Below, one piece after another: positions 49,324 through 58,473 of a stretch of 64,000 nucleotides of DNA. The DNA comes from a virus. The DNA lies in the IMG/VR virus record IMGVR_UViG_3300047200_000500, positions 64,001 through 128,000 of that record. The stretch is one strand, 5' to 3'. A model generated the notes under the pieces. The model was given only the letters and a program-made list of their open reading frames with translations, had not been told where the DNA came from and searched no databases. Both the position numbers and the translations under genes were made by a program. The first letter of the stretch is position 1; every line of letters starts with the position of its first letter.

Positions 49324-49923
49324 TCAAAATGGCAATTTTGTAGGTGCTTCAATTTTTGGTTGACTAGCACGCCATCCAATTGCTTCTACTTCCTTAACAC
49401 GTTCCTCTTCCTCTTCATTTTCTTTTTTGATCATTTGTATTCTGTAATGGTTTATATACATTGTCTCAAGAATATCGTTACGTGCTACCCAAATTGAGAA
49501 TGCTAATGTGCAAAGTGTAATAAAAGAAAACAGACATAAAATGAACACATTATCAGGAAGAAAAGCTCCAGAATTAGCAATGTTTTCGCTAATTGGATTG
49601 TGAAAACTATAAAATGTGTCTTTACAACCCTTAGCGTAATTTATGAAATTAAGCAGCATAATTAAGAAAAATACCCAGAATACACCATATGATGCATAAC
49701 ACAGAAATGCTAATGGCCCAATAAATCCAAATATTCCGCTCTTGCCATATGGAGCCATAACATCAAACCATGGACGCCTATATTCCTTGGGTAATTTAGC
49801 CCATATATGGCACTTTATTGGTATTATAATTAATAGATGAGTTAATACCCCACATACAAATCCGGCAATCGCAATTGCACCAAGTTGGCCCCATCCACTC
49901 TTCTTTTTGTCATCTTCGCTCAT
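49324..49923 (-). CDS. Membrane protein (3-4 hydrophobic segments)
   Basis: Hydrophobic stretches; GAGGG SD; own upstream TGTTATAAAAT motif. Confidence 0.65.
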   Translation of the reverse strand: MSEDDKKKSGWGQLGAIAIAGFVCGVLTHLLIIIPIKCHIWAKLPKEYRRPWFDVMAPYGKSGIFGFIGPLAFLCYASYGVFWVFFLIMLLNFINYAKGCKDTFYSFHNPISENIANSGAFLPDNVFILCLFSFITLCTLAFSIWVARNDILETMYINHYRIQMIKKENEEEEERVKEVEAIGWRASQPKIEAPTKLPF

Positions 49924-49981
49924 AAAATTCCCTCTCTATAATTTTATAACAAATAAATAGTTTGGGTTAAATATAATACAG

Positions 49982-52900
49982 ATGTCCTCACTATTACTAC
50001 AAATAAATCTTGACTTACAAGCTAATAGTGCTATTAATATACTTAATACCATTGAATCATCTGTTGATAAAATAGTCGGCAAGCTTCAACAATTTAGTCA
50101 ATTTTTTAATTCCAATCCGATTAATGTAATTCAACCAAAACAAATTGGCATTGCTAATGATTTGTTAAATGCTGTTAAAGAGATTGATAAAAGTGGATCA
50201 TTTATTAATTCTAAGAATATAGAAGAAATGGCCGCTAGAAAGCAGATATTGGATAATGTAATAAAACAATCTGTTGAATTACAAAAAACTGTTGAAAATA
50301 TGAAGTTATTAAACAAGGGATTAGAAAAACAAAGAGATTTTAATAAGCAGCTTGATAAATTTTATATTGAAGCTAATAAATTTCAAATAGATTACAATGA
50401 TACATTAAAAGATATATTAAGTGGGAAAATCAATGAATTAAAATTGGCCAAATCTCAGCAAAAAGAATTTAATAATTTTGTTAAGTCACTTAGTTTGGCT
50501 GTTAAGTATGAAGGTGATTATTTAAAGAAACTTGGTATGACAGTTGATGAAGCTAGAAAATTACACGAAGCGATAACTGATGTTAATGTTGAAACAATTA
50601 AACAAATTTCTATTTGGGATCGTGTAGTAAGTGCATTTATGGGTTTTTTAAATTTATTACCAACAGCTGGAATATTAATAGCAACATTGAAAGATCCTTT
50701 ATCAGTCATTAAAGATTCACTGAGTGAAATGCATGATTTATGGAAGACTAATAATAAAGTTTCTAATAATTTTTTAATAAATGCCAGTGAAGGATCTAAG
50801 GATCTTAGTAAAACTTTGTTTAAGACAATGCAAGACATTAGTACTGCTGGTGGTGGAATGAGAAAAGATTTTGCGGAATTAGGTATTGATCTTGGCAAGA
50901 ATATTATAACCTTAGATCAAACTAAAGAAGCCGTTAATGCTGTTCTTGCTTCTAGTAGTAAGGGCATTATTGAAAATAATAAGCAACTTGGAATTTATTC
51001 ATCATTGGTTGCTCAGACTTCTAGGGCTACGGGCGTTTCGGCTTCTGCTATAGCTGATCTTACTTTGAAATATAGTATGTTATCTAAAGAAATTGGTGGC
51101 GTTAAAGACCCAAATGTTAGAATGAGACAATCAGCTGTTCTTACTGATGTTTTAGTTAATGTTACTGGAAAATATCAATTTAGTGTTGATGAGACAAGTC
51201 ATGTTGTTTCATTACTTAATAGAAATATGATGTTTTTAAATAAAAATTATAAAGTAAGTGCTGAATTAGCTAAATTAGGAATAACACCAGCTAGTTCTTA
51301 TGCTGTTACTCTGTCAGCTTTAGGTGATGCTGCCAAGAAAATGGGCCATGATTCTAAGACAGCAATGGATGCTTTTTCATCTGCAATAGAAGACCCATTA
51401 AATAACGTTCTTTTACTAGGTAGTGCAATTAATAGTACTGACCCAGGAAAACAAATGTTGGAAATGGGCAAAAATGCTGCAAAATGGTCAGCAATGATTG
51501 AAAAGAACCCGTTGTTACGTGGTCAAGCTAGACAAATGTTTGGAAAGAGTTATGAAGAGTTAAAAGCAATGGCAGATGCTAATACTAAATTAACTGAAAC
51601 TTCAAAATTGAACGCTGATGGAACTGTTGATTTAATTGCTTTAAATAAAGAAATGGCCGATTCCAGCAAAGCTGCAGAGGCTAAGACCACTGCACAAAAT
51701 AATGCTAATAATAAACTGACTGAGGCTCTTGATAAATTAAGGATAATGTTCGGTAATATAGCCAATGGTATGCAACCTTTTATTGATGCTCTTACATGGC
51801 TTGTCAGTTTGCCTTTTGCTCCATATATTATTGCAGGAGTGGGAGCACTTACTGCTTTAGGTGGCGCAGCAATTATTGCTCAGAAATCATTTTCATTCTT
51901 CAAAGATGGGATAATGTCAGTTGTTGATAATGTTAAAGGGATGGTTGGATGGCTTAAAGGGGGAAGTTCTAGTATTGGGAAATTAGGTGAATCGATGAAA
52001 ACTGCTGGTGAAAGCAGTAAATCGTTAACTGCTGCTTCAAAAGGTGGAGGTGGGCTTAAAGAATTTGCTGGTGGTATTAAAGATTTTATTAATACACTTG
52101 GCGAAATTAAAATTGGTAATGCTTTAAAGGCCGCAGCGGCTATAGCAATAATTGGTGCTGGATTAGCTATTGGTGTCTATGCGTTAAATAAAGCTTCTGA
52201 GGGGATGACTCCAGCACAAGCTGCAGGGTTGTTAGTCACAGTTGGTGGGATAACTGCTGTTACATATATCTTATCAAAAATGGGCAATATTGGACCAAAT
52301 GCTTTAATAGGAGCAGCACTTGTTGGGGGAGTTGGTCTTGCACTTGCTCTTAGTGTAGCAGCTTTAAACATTGCTTCACAGGGAATAACACTTGAACAAA
52401 TAGGGATGTTGGGAATAATGGTTGGTGGATTACTCGTTACAATGGGCATTTTAGCTCTCATGACTTCTCTTGCTGCACCAGCTTTACTTGGCGCTATAGC
52501 TGTAGGGGCAGTTGGCCTTGCTCTTGCCTTAGGTGTTGGATCATTGGGTCTGGCTTCTCAATTGTTAGATCGTAATAAGATGGAACTTCTTGGGATAATG
52601 ACTGCTGGGTTGATGGTATCAATGTTAGCATTTGCAGGAATTTCATTTATTGCCGCCCCAGCAGTAGTTGGAGCTATAGCTGTTAGTGCGGTTGGTGTGG
52701 CTCTTGCTGTTGGTATAGCTGCCTTAGGTTTAGCTTCTAAATTAATTGATCCAGATATAGGTGATAAATTTAAAAATTTAGCATCAGGAATAGCTCATTT
52801 AGCGCTGACCTCTGTAACTGGACCATTGGCATTAATTGGTGCAATAGCAATAGCTGCAGCAGCGCCATTATTGGCCCTTTCATTGGTGACCCTTGGAGCC

Positions 52901-53566
52901 GCTACCTCATTGTTCGGGGAAAGTGTTGTAAATGCTATAGTTTCGCTCTCTGCGGCAGTTGCTAGCATACCAGCTGGATCTGGCCCCGCATTAATCAGCA
53001 TGGCTGCTGGTCTTACAGCATTTGCCGCTTCTCTAGCTGGTGGTGCCATATTCTCATTCTTTAGTGGTGGGATGGTCAATAATGCTAAAGAAATGGGTAC
53101 AGCAATGCAGACATTACTTGGTCCAATAACACAGCTTGGAAGTGTTGGTGATCAAGTTGCTAAATCGTTTGTTTCAATAGCTGATGGATTAAAAGTGTTT
53201 GTAAATGCTATAAATGATAGTTCTGGTTGGTTCTCTTCGTTTGAGAGTAAAGCTGAAAAAGTTGCTGCTGCAATGCGTAAGATATCTGAACCAATGAAAG
53301 ATATGCGTGGTGTTTCAATTGGCAGTGAAGTTCCTGCTGAAGAAATTAAAAAGAGTCTTGCATTAACTATCGAGTCATCGAATAAATCAAATCAAGAGAT
53401 GGTTAATGAATTAAAGGAGATTAAGAAATTACTTTCTGACAAATCAGATGATAGTGTTGGTGATAAAATGGATCAATCGGTTGATATTCTTAAGAAAATT
53501 CTTAATGAAATGGTGTTTAGTAGTGGATTTGGCGCTACATCAGCCAATGCTGATTATAACGCTTAA
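49982..53566 (+). CDS. Tape measure protein
   Basis: 1194 aa, helical, with long A/G/L-rich hydrophobic repeats; followed by baseplate genes. Confidence 0.85.
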   Translation: MSSLLLQINLDLQANSAINILNTIESSVDKIVGKLQQFSQFFNSNPINVIQPKQIGIANDLLNAVKEIDKSGSFINSKNIEEMAARKQILDNVIKQSVELQKTVENMKLLNKGLEKQRDFNKQLDKFYIEANKFQIDYNDTLKDILSGKINELKLAKSQQKEFNNFVKSLSLAVKYEGDYLKKLGMTVDEARKLHEAITDVNVETIKQISIWDRVVSAFMGFLNLLPTAGILIATLKDPLSVIKDSLSEMHDLWKTNNKVSNNFLINASEGSKDLSKTLFKTMQDISTAGGGMRKDFAELGIDLGKNIITLDQTKEAVNAVLASSSKGIIENNKQLGIYSSLVAQTSRATGVSASAIADLTLKYSMLSKEIGGVKDPNVRMRQSAVLTDVLVNVTGKYQFSVDETSHVVSLLNRNMMFLNKNYKVSAELAKLGITPASSYAVTLSALGDAAKKMGHDSKTAMDAFSSAIEDPLNNVLLLGSAINSTDPGKQMLEMGKNAAKWSAMIEKNPLLRGQARQMFGKSYEELKAMADANTKLTETSKLNADGTVDLIALNKEMADSSKAAEAKTTAQNNANNKLTEALDKLRIMFGNIANGMQPFIDALTWLVSLPFAPYIIAGVGALTALGGAAIIAQKSFSFFKDGIMSVVDNVKGMVGWLKGGSSSIGKLGESMKTAGESSKSLTAASKGGGGLKEFAGGIKDFINTLGEIKIGNALKAAAAIAIIGAGLAIGVYALNKASEGMTPAQAAGLLVTVGGITAVTYILSKMGNIGPNALIGAALVGGVGLALALSVAALNIASQGITLEQIGMLGIMVGGLLVTMGILALMTSLAAPALLGAIAVGAVGLALALGVGSLGLASQLLDRNKMELLGIMTAGLMVSMLAFAGISFIAAPAVVGAIAVSAVGVALAVGIAALGLASKLIDPDIGDKFKNLASGIAHLALTSVTGPLALIGAIAIAAAAPLLALSLVTLGAATSLFGESVVNAIVSLSAAVASIPAGSGPALISMAAGLTAFAASLAGGAIFSFFSGGMVNNAKEMGTAMQTLLGPITQLGSVGDQVAKSFVSIADGLKVFVNAINDSSGWFSSFESKAEKVAAAMRKISEPMKDMRGVSIGSEVPAEEIKKSLALTIESSNKSNQEMVNELKEIKKLLSDKSDDSVGDKMDQSVDILKKILNEMVFSSGFGATSANADYNA

Positions 53567-53592
53567 TATTAGGTTAGGTAAATATAATACAT

Positions 53593-54162
53593 ATGGCATT
53601 TATTCTAGCTGATGCTGATGTGGATGCTCTCAAGCAGGTTAATATCAAGGGTAATCCGTCTGGGTTTACCCTTAATAGTGATAATCTTCAATTTCCACCA
53701 ATTATTACTAAAGATACTAAAAATGCGAATTGGCATACTACTGATGCAATGTCGTATGAACCAATAGCTTTCTTTAAATCTGCCAATCCGAGAGACTTAG
53801 GATTAGAATTTCAATGGATAATAGGTGGAAAATGGGATCCAGATAAAGTTCATAAAACTATAGATGATGTGAAAAAGTATTTTTATACTTGTTATTTAGG
53901 TAGTTCATTCCAACAATACCCGATAGTAGAAATAACAAAATTATATAATATAATAACTCAAAGAACTACTTGGAGATTAAATAGTGTCAATGTTGTTTAC
54001 AGTCCTGAATTGGTTAATGTTAATGGAAAATGGTATCCACTTAATGTAAAACTTTCTATGGACTTATTATCTATTACTAAACTTAAGGGTGATCAAGGTG
54101 GTGATACCCCAATGCAAGAACTTAATACGCTTGAAGATAGTCCAAAGCCTGGTTGGTATTAA
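53593..54162 (+). CDS. Baseplate tube-initiator-type protein (gp48/CIS-tube-like)
   Basis: 'ITKDTKNANW......YEPIAFF.....R.L.LEF', 'WRLNSVNVVY' and 'PLNVKLSM'; follows the tape measure gene. Confidence 0.6.
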   Translation: MAFILADADVDALKQVNIKGNPSGFTLNSDNLQFPPIITKDTKNANWHTTDAMSYEPIAFFKSANPRDLGLEFQWIIGGKWDPDKVHKTIDDVKKYFYTCYLGSSFQQYPIVEITKLYNIITQRTTWRLNSVNVVYSPELVNVNGKWYPLNVKLSMDLLSITKLKGDQGGDTPMQELNTLEDSPKPGWY

Positions 54163-54164
54163 AT

Positions 54165-54470
54165 ATGGCATTAAGTTACAGTAGATTCAGAAATACTTCA
54201 TTAGTGAAGACCCAAAATGGTGCGGAAACTTATGGGTTAATGGAGGGATTTGATGTTTTGAAGAATTTAACTGGTGATCAATATCAAAACTGGATAACTG
54301 AAAATAAGTATGAAGGAAGGCCAGATTTAATAGCTTTGTTTTTTTATAATCTTTCATATTATGATTGGGTGATCATTATGGCTAATAGGCCAAAAAACCC
54401 TTTAAACTGGCCGAAAACTGGTGATGTAATAAAGATACCCAATCTTAGTTTAATTAGGACATTATTCTAA
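54165..54470 (+). CDS. gp53: Baseplate wedge LysM-like protein, T4 gp53-like
   Basis: 'EGRPDLIA..FY....YDWVI.MAN...NP....TGDVIKIP'. Confidence 0.8.
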   Translation: MALSYSRFRNTSLVKTQNGAETYGLMEGFDVLKNLTGDQYQNWITENKYEGRPDLIALFFYNLSYYDWVIIMANRPKNPLNWPKTGDVIKIPNLSLIRTLF

Positions 54471-54967
54471 TGCCTGGATTTAAAATAGGCAACCAAGGTG
54501 ATGGACCTAATGCTACTGCGGAAGTATTTCGCACACATAGATTTATATTAAATAGTTTTCTTGGCAAACCAGGTAATAAACCACCATTTGATATGTTAAA
54601 AGATGTTGATTTACCAGATCGTATAATAGAAGAAATACAAATTAAGACTCCTGGCGCTACTTATAAATTCGGAAAACAACTTGGATATACTGATTTAAAG
54701 TTAGTGTTCTATATTCCAAAAGATTTATTGTCAAAACTTGAAGAAATGTTCGATGATGTCGGAAATAATAAAACAGGAATACAAGATTTTAATACATACA
54801 TGGATGAAGTTGTGTTAACAATGCAACTTAAGGAACAAGATTTTAAATTTACATTTAAAAATGCTTGGATTGGTAATATTTCTTATGGCCAATTATCATA
54901 TGGGTCATCAGAATTAAAATTAGTAACAATAACTGTAAAATTTTCATGGTATAATACTCAGGTTTAA
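54470..54967 (+). CDS. Tail tube paralogue (gp54-like baseplate-tube junction protein)
   Basis: Tube fold motifs 'YKFGKQLGYTDLKLVFY' and 'FKNAW...ISYGQLSYGSSE...ITVKFSW'; N-terminus MPGFKIG is shared with gp19. Confidence 0.75.
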   Translation: MPGFKIGNQGDGPNATAEVFRTHRFILNSFLGKPGNKPPFDMLKDVDLPDRIIEEIQIKTPGATYKFGKQLGYTDLKLVFYIPKDLLSKLEEMFDDVGNNKTGIQDFNTYMDEVVLTMQLKEQDFKFTFKNAWIGNISYGQLSYGSSELKLVTITVKFSWYNTQV

Positions 54968-54971
54968 AATT

Positions 54972-56210
54972 ATGGAACATGCCGGAGCAGATGTTGAAGT
55001 TATAATATCGATAGAAGACGGGCCTAATCTTAGTCATTTTGTTAATAAGTTTCAATGGAAATCATTAATTAATGGTGGATATTCTGTTTATGCCTTATTC
55101 AATGATCCTCATCTTGCGGCGTTTCAAAGCATTGCTAATGAGAAATATTTAAGAGATGCTAGAAAAAAACCAACTAAGATAAAATGGAAATTGAAATGGA
55201 GAATAACTGGGAAAGAAACTGATGAACGTATAGCTTATATTACTGATCTTGACGCCATTACTCCAGAAGGCGGTCAATCGTCTGGTTTCTTTCAATTTAT
55301 TGCTATTGATCCTCCAACATGGTATTTGAATTGGGGAGATGCTGAAGGAAAAGCATATAAAGGTAAAGTATCTGATGTGATAAAAAAGATTATTCAAGAT
55401 TATGCTCCAGGAATATCAGCAGATGTTGGTGAAACTTCTGATAATAAAGAAAATTATTGGTATATGATGAGGCAAGATCCTAAATCGTTTTTGATGTCAT
55501 TAATTGATTGGTCATCATCAATAACCAATCAGAAAACTCAATGGATTGTCGCGAGTGTTGATGAAAAAATAGTTGTCAAAGAACAAGCAGAACTTCCTAG
55601 TGGAAGTTTTGGAGATTATGTTGTTAACTCAAATGCTCCAGGTGCTGGAAATGTAATTTCTTGGCAATTGTTAGAAAACAATTATTTATCAAACTTGCAA
55701 ACTGTTCTAGGGACTGCTGGGATATCGGCTGTGTCTGGCTTGTATTGTGATAAGAAGAACACTATTACAAAGAGTAAGATTAAAATTAATGATGCAAATA
55801 CCAGCAATAAACTTAATATAGATTTAAAACAAGATCAAAGCTTTACTAAACCAACTGATGAGGATCGTGGCTGGACACAAATAATGGCTGTACCAGAATG
55901 TAGTGGCGGAGAGTTGGGAATAAAATATCAAGATTATATTGATGGTAGAGCAAGAGTAATGTTTTTGAATATGCTAGAAGGATTAAATAGGATAAAGTTA
56001 AAAGTAGTTGGGAATAATAAAGTACATGATAGTAGCAATCTTGGTGGATATACTGTTAATTTAACATGGGTTGATGTAAACAGTACCCCATATGGTGGCA
56101 ATGGAAAATGGTTATGTTATGGATTCCAACATACAGTATTTGCTGGCATGTGGACTACCGACTTATATTTAAACAGGCTGGATCAAGATAGTGCTTCTCA
56201 AAAGCGCTAA
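54972..56210 (+). CDS. Baseplate hub protein (gp27/gpD-like)
   Basis: 'YKGKVSDVIKKII', 'GNGKWLCYGFQHT...WTTDL.L.R' and position in the baseplate cluster. Confidence 0.7.
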   Translation: MEHAGADVEVIISIEDGPNLSHFVNKFQWKSLINGGYSVYALFNDPHLAAFQSIANEKYLRDARKKPTKIKWKLKWRITGKETDERIAYITDLDAITPEGGQSSGFFQFIAIDPPTWYLNWGDAEGKAYKGKVSDVIKKIIQDYAPGISADVGETSDNKENYWYMMRQDPKSFLMSLIDWSSSITNQKTQWIVASVDEKIVVKEQAELPSGSFGDYVVNSNAPGAGNVISWQLLENNYLSNLQTVLGTAGISAVSGLYCDKKNTITKSKIKINDANTSNKLNIDLKQDQSFTKPTDEDRGWTQIMAVPECSGGELGIKYQDYIDGRARVMFLNMLEGLNRIKLKVVGNNKVHDSSNLGGYTVNLTWVDVNSTPYGGNGKWLCYGFQHTVFAGMWTTDLYLNRLDQDSASQKR

Positions 56211-56276
56211 ATAAAAATTGCTAAAAGCAAATAATTTCGGGCAAAAATATTTCAGACCTACACAAGGAACAATCCC

Positions 56277-56705
56277 ATGGCCGACCAACCCGCCAACACA
56301 GCAATTTCAGTCTTCCGTACAGTCCGTACGCGGACTGATGTTAACCGTAACGCCTCCATCAAGCAGATGGCTCAGCGTCTTGGTACCAGAGTGGTAATCG
56401 CCCCTGGTGAGGAAATCGACGCCTACTACGCACTGGCCGATACAGCCGCTGCTTCCGCTGCAGCTGGCGTCCCAGGTCCCAACCCCGGTTGGAGATATGG
56501 TATGCCAGTCGTTCTTGAGACCCGCACACGCGCCACTGTGAATGATGTTTATGCAGGTGTGGCTTCTCTGGCCTTCCCTGTCAAGATCGTCGGTAACGGC
56601 AATGATCTCTTCATTGAGAAGGCCGCTGGCCATCTGACTGATGACCTGCACACTCAAGTTCGCGCTGTTGCTCCCCTGCCTCGGGGCCTCTTCCGCGCTA
56701 TCTGA
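56277..56705 (+). CDS. Highly expressed small protein, candidate capsid decoration protein
   Basis: GC-rich codon usage like the capsid gene; AAGGA SD; own late-type motif and terminator. Confidence 0.55.
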   Translation: MADQPANTAISVFRTVRTRTDVNRNASIKQMAQRLGTRVVIAPGEEIDAYYALADTAAASAAAGVPGPNPGWRYGMPVVLETRTRATVNDVYAGVASLAFPVKIVGNGNDLFIEKAAGHLTDDLHTQVRAVAPLPRGLFRAI

Positions 56706-56722
56706 ACTTGGCTTTAGTGCCG

Positions 56723-56759
56723 AATTTGACCACCTGTGCGATCCACAGGTGGTCAAATT
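56723..56759 (+). terminator. Long perfect hairpin (terminator or processing site)
   Basis: AATTTGACCACCTGTG-cgatc-CACAGGTGGTCAAATT, 16-bp stem. Confidence 0.75.
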
Positions 56760-56796
56760 GTATCTGGGAAATAAAATATAACAAAGGAACAAACAA

Positions 56797-57306
56797 ATGA
56801 CTGCTCTCTCCACTGGTCCATTAAGCGTAAGCCAAGTCACTAATCAACATATGTTTATTCCGTTTGTGGCTGTAATGCAAGTTAATTTCCCATCTGGATA
56901 TGGTAATCGTTGGGAACGTTATGATGAGCTTGTTAAAATTGCCAATGTGGCAGAGAATGAAATAAATGCATTTATTAAAGCTAATGGATATGCAACTGAT
57001 TCTTCAAATCCTGTTAAATTTACAATCCCATATGGTGACAATGTTGCGAAAATGACCCTCAATGGAAATATTTTACGTACCCCAAGAAGTAGTATTCCTA
57101 AGAGTTCAACACTTGCTGTAACCGTTTTGAATGCTGGAAAGGGAGTAGTTGGATATGGATGTACAAATGCCGCCAATAAAATACCTGACCCTTATTTTGA
57201 TGCTTTTGCTGATCAATTAATCAGTTCGTTAGAATCAATCATTACAAATGCAACTGTTTTAAGCGTGGAAGTTGCTGGCATCAGATATGGAGAACGCGGC
57301 TTATAA
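56797..57306 (+). CDS. Hypothetical, probably structural protein
   Basis: AAGGA SD; 169 aa. Confidence 0.6.
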   Translation: MTALSTGPLSVSQVTNQHMFIPFVAVMQVNFPSGYGNRWERYDELVKIANVAENEINAFIKANGYATDSSNPVKFTIPYGDNVAKMTLNGNILRTPRSSIPKSSTLAVTVLNAGKGVVGYGCTNAANKIPDPYFDAFADQLISSLESIITNATVLSVEVAGIRYGERGL

Positions 57307-57328
57307 TTTGAAATAGTATTTTAGTATA

Positions 57329-58279
57329 ATGATACTTTGCGAATTTCACCGCCATTTTGGTGGGTCAATTTCTATAGAAACAGTTAGTAAAATATCTGGT
57401 ATTCCTTTAAATGAAGTAAGAAGGTCAATGGTTTTTGACCCTCAGAATGATAACTTGGGTTATAAGTCATTTTTTAAGAAATTTAACATATTGGACAATA
57501 TTAGTTGGAATTATGAAAACATTTCATTGACTGTTCAGGATGTGGTATGGAAGCTAAAGCAGGAAGGCATTCAATATGCAGAAATTAAATTTTCAGTTAA
57601 TAAATATTTAAAACACATTAATACTCCACTTGAAGATTTTATATTGTGGTTTGCCAATGAATTTGAAACTTTCTCATCAAGTGTAGGGATAACTGTTGAT
57701 TTAATATTATCATTAAAACATGATATGGACAAGAATTTGCAAATAAAAATAGGTAATGTTATTAAAAATGATACAGTAGCTGAATGCATTGCTGGAATTG
57801 ACATAGTTGGAGATGAACATTATTTTAATGTTGAATTCTACAGACCAATATATGAAAACTGGCATGCCGCAAAGCGTGTGTGTATGGCTCATGTTGGTGA
57901 AATTAATAGGCCACAAAATGTTATCGATGCCATAAATATTTTAAAATTAGACAGGGTATGTCATGGCATAGCTGTAGCTGATAATAAAGAATTGGCTAAA
58001 ATGACTAGCGATAAATTGATATCATTTGATGTTTGTTTAACTAGTAATCTATGCACAGGGGTTGCTACAATAGGTAATCATCCAGTAAAAAGGATGATTG
58101 AGAATGGGTTTATTGTTAATATTGGTACGGATGATCCGGTTATTGTTGATACTAACATAAATGCAGAATACGATTTTTTAAAGAAAGAGACAGGGTTATC
58201 AAATAAAGATATTAATAAAATTAAAAATAGTGCCTACAATTTTTCTGCACAAGAAATAATTAAAAGAAAATCTTTATGA
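57329..58279 (+). CDS. add: Adenosine deaminase family metallo-hydrolase
   Basis: 'EFHRHFGGSI', 'GIDIVGDE', 'AHVGE', 'RVCHG', 'VCLTSN' and 'GTDDP'. Confidence 0.88.
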   Translation: MILCEFHRHFGGSISIETVSKISGIPLNEVRRSMVFDPQNDNLGYKSFFKKFNILDNISWNYENISLTVQDVVWKLKQEGIQYAEIKFSVNKYLKHINTPLEDFILWFANEFETFSSSVGITVDLILSLKHDMDKNLQIKIGNVIKNDTVAECIAGIDIVGDEHYFNVEFYRPIYENWHAAKRVCMAHVGEINRPQNVIDAINILKLDRVCHGIAVADNKELAKMTSDKLISFDVCLTSNLCTGVATIGNHPVKRMIENGFIVNIGTDDPVIVDTNINAEYDFLKKETGLSNKDINKIKNSAYNFSAQEIIKRKSL

Positions 58280-58473
58280 CTTCTGGTGATTTTTTAACAG
58301 AGATGGCCGAAGAACCAGAAATTAATAAAGCTGGATTAGATCCAGGTTTTGTAGCAATGTTGCAGCGTATGCACGAATATTCTCCAAAAGTACATGAGAT
58401 GGTTAGGAAATTAAGGCGTGAAATTTATGTTTCTATAATGCAAGATAAAATTAATGGTAAAATATATATTTAA
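58276..58473 (+). CDS. Small hypothetical protein
   Basis: Translationally coupled on both sides. Confidence 0.5.
   Translation: MTSGDFLTEMAEEPEINKAGLDPGFVAMLQRMHEYSPKVHEMVRKLRREIYVSIMQDKINGKIYI

Noticed and set aside
49982-56210. Extracellular contractile injection system or tailocin
   Set aside because: Terminase, portal, protease and capsid genes are present, so this is a phage.
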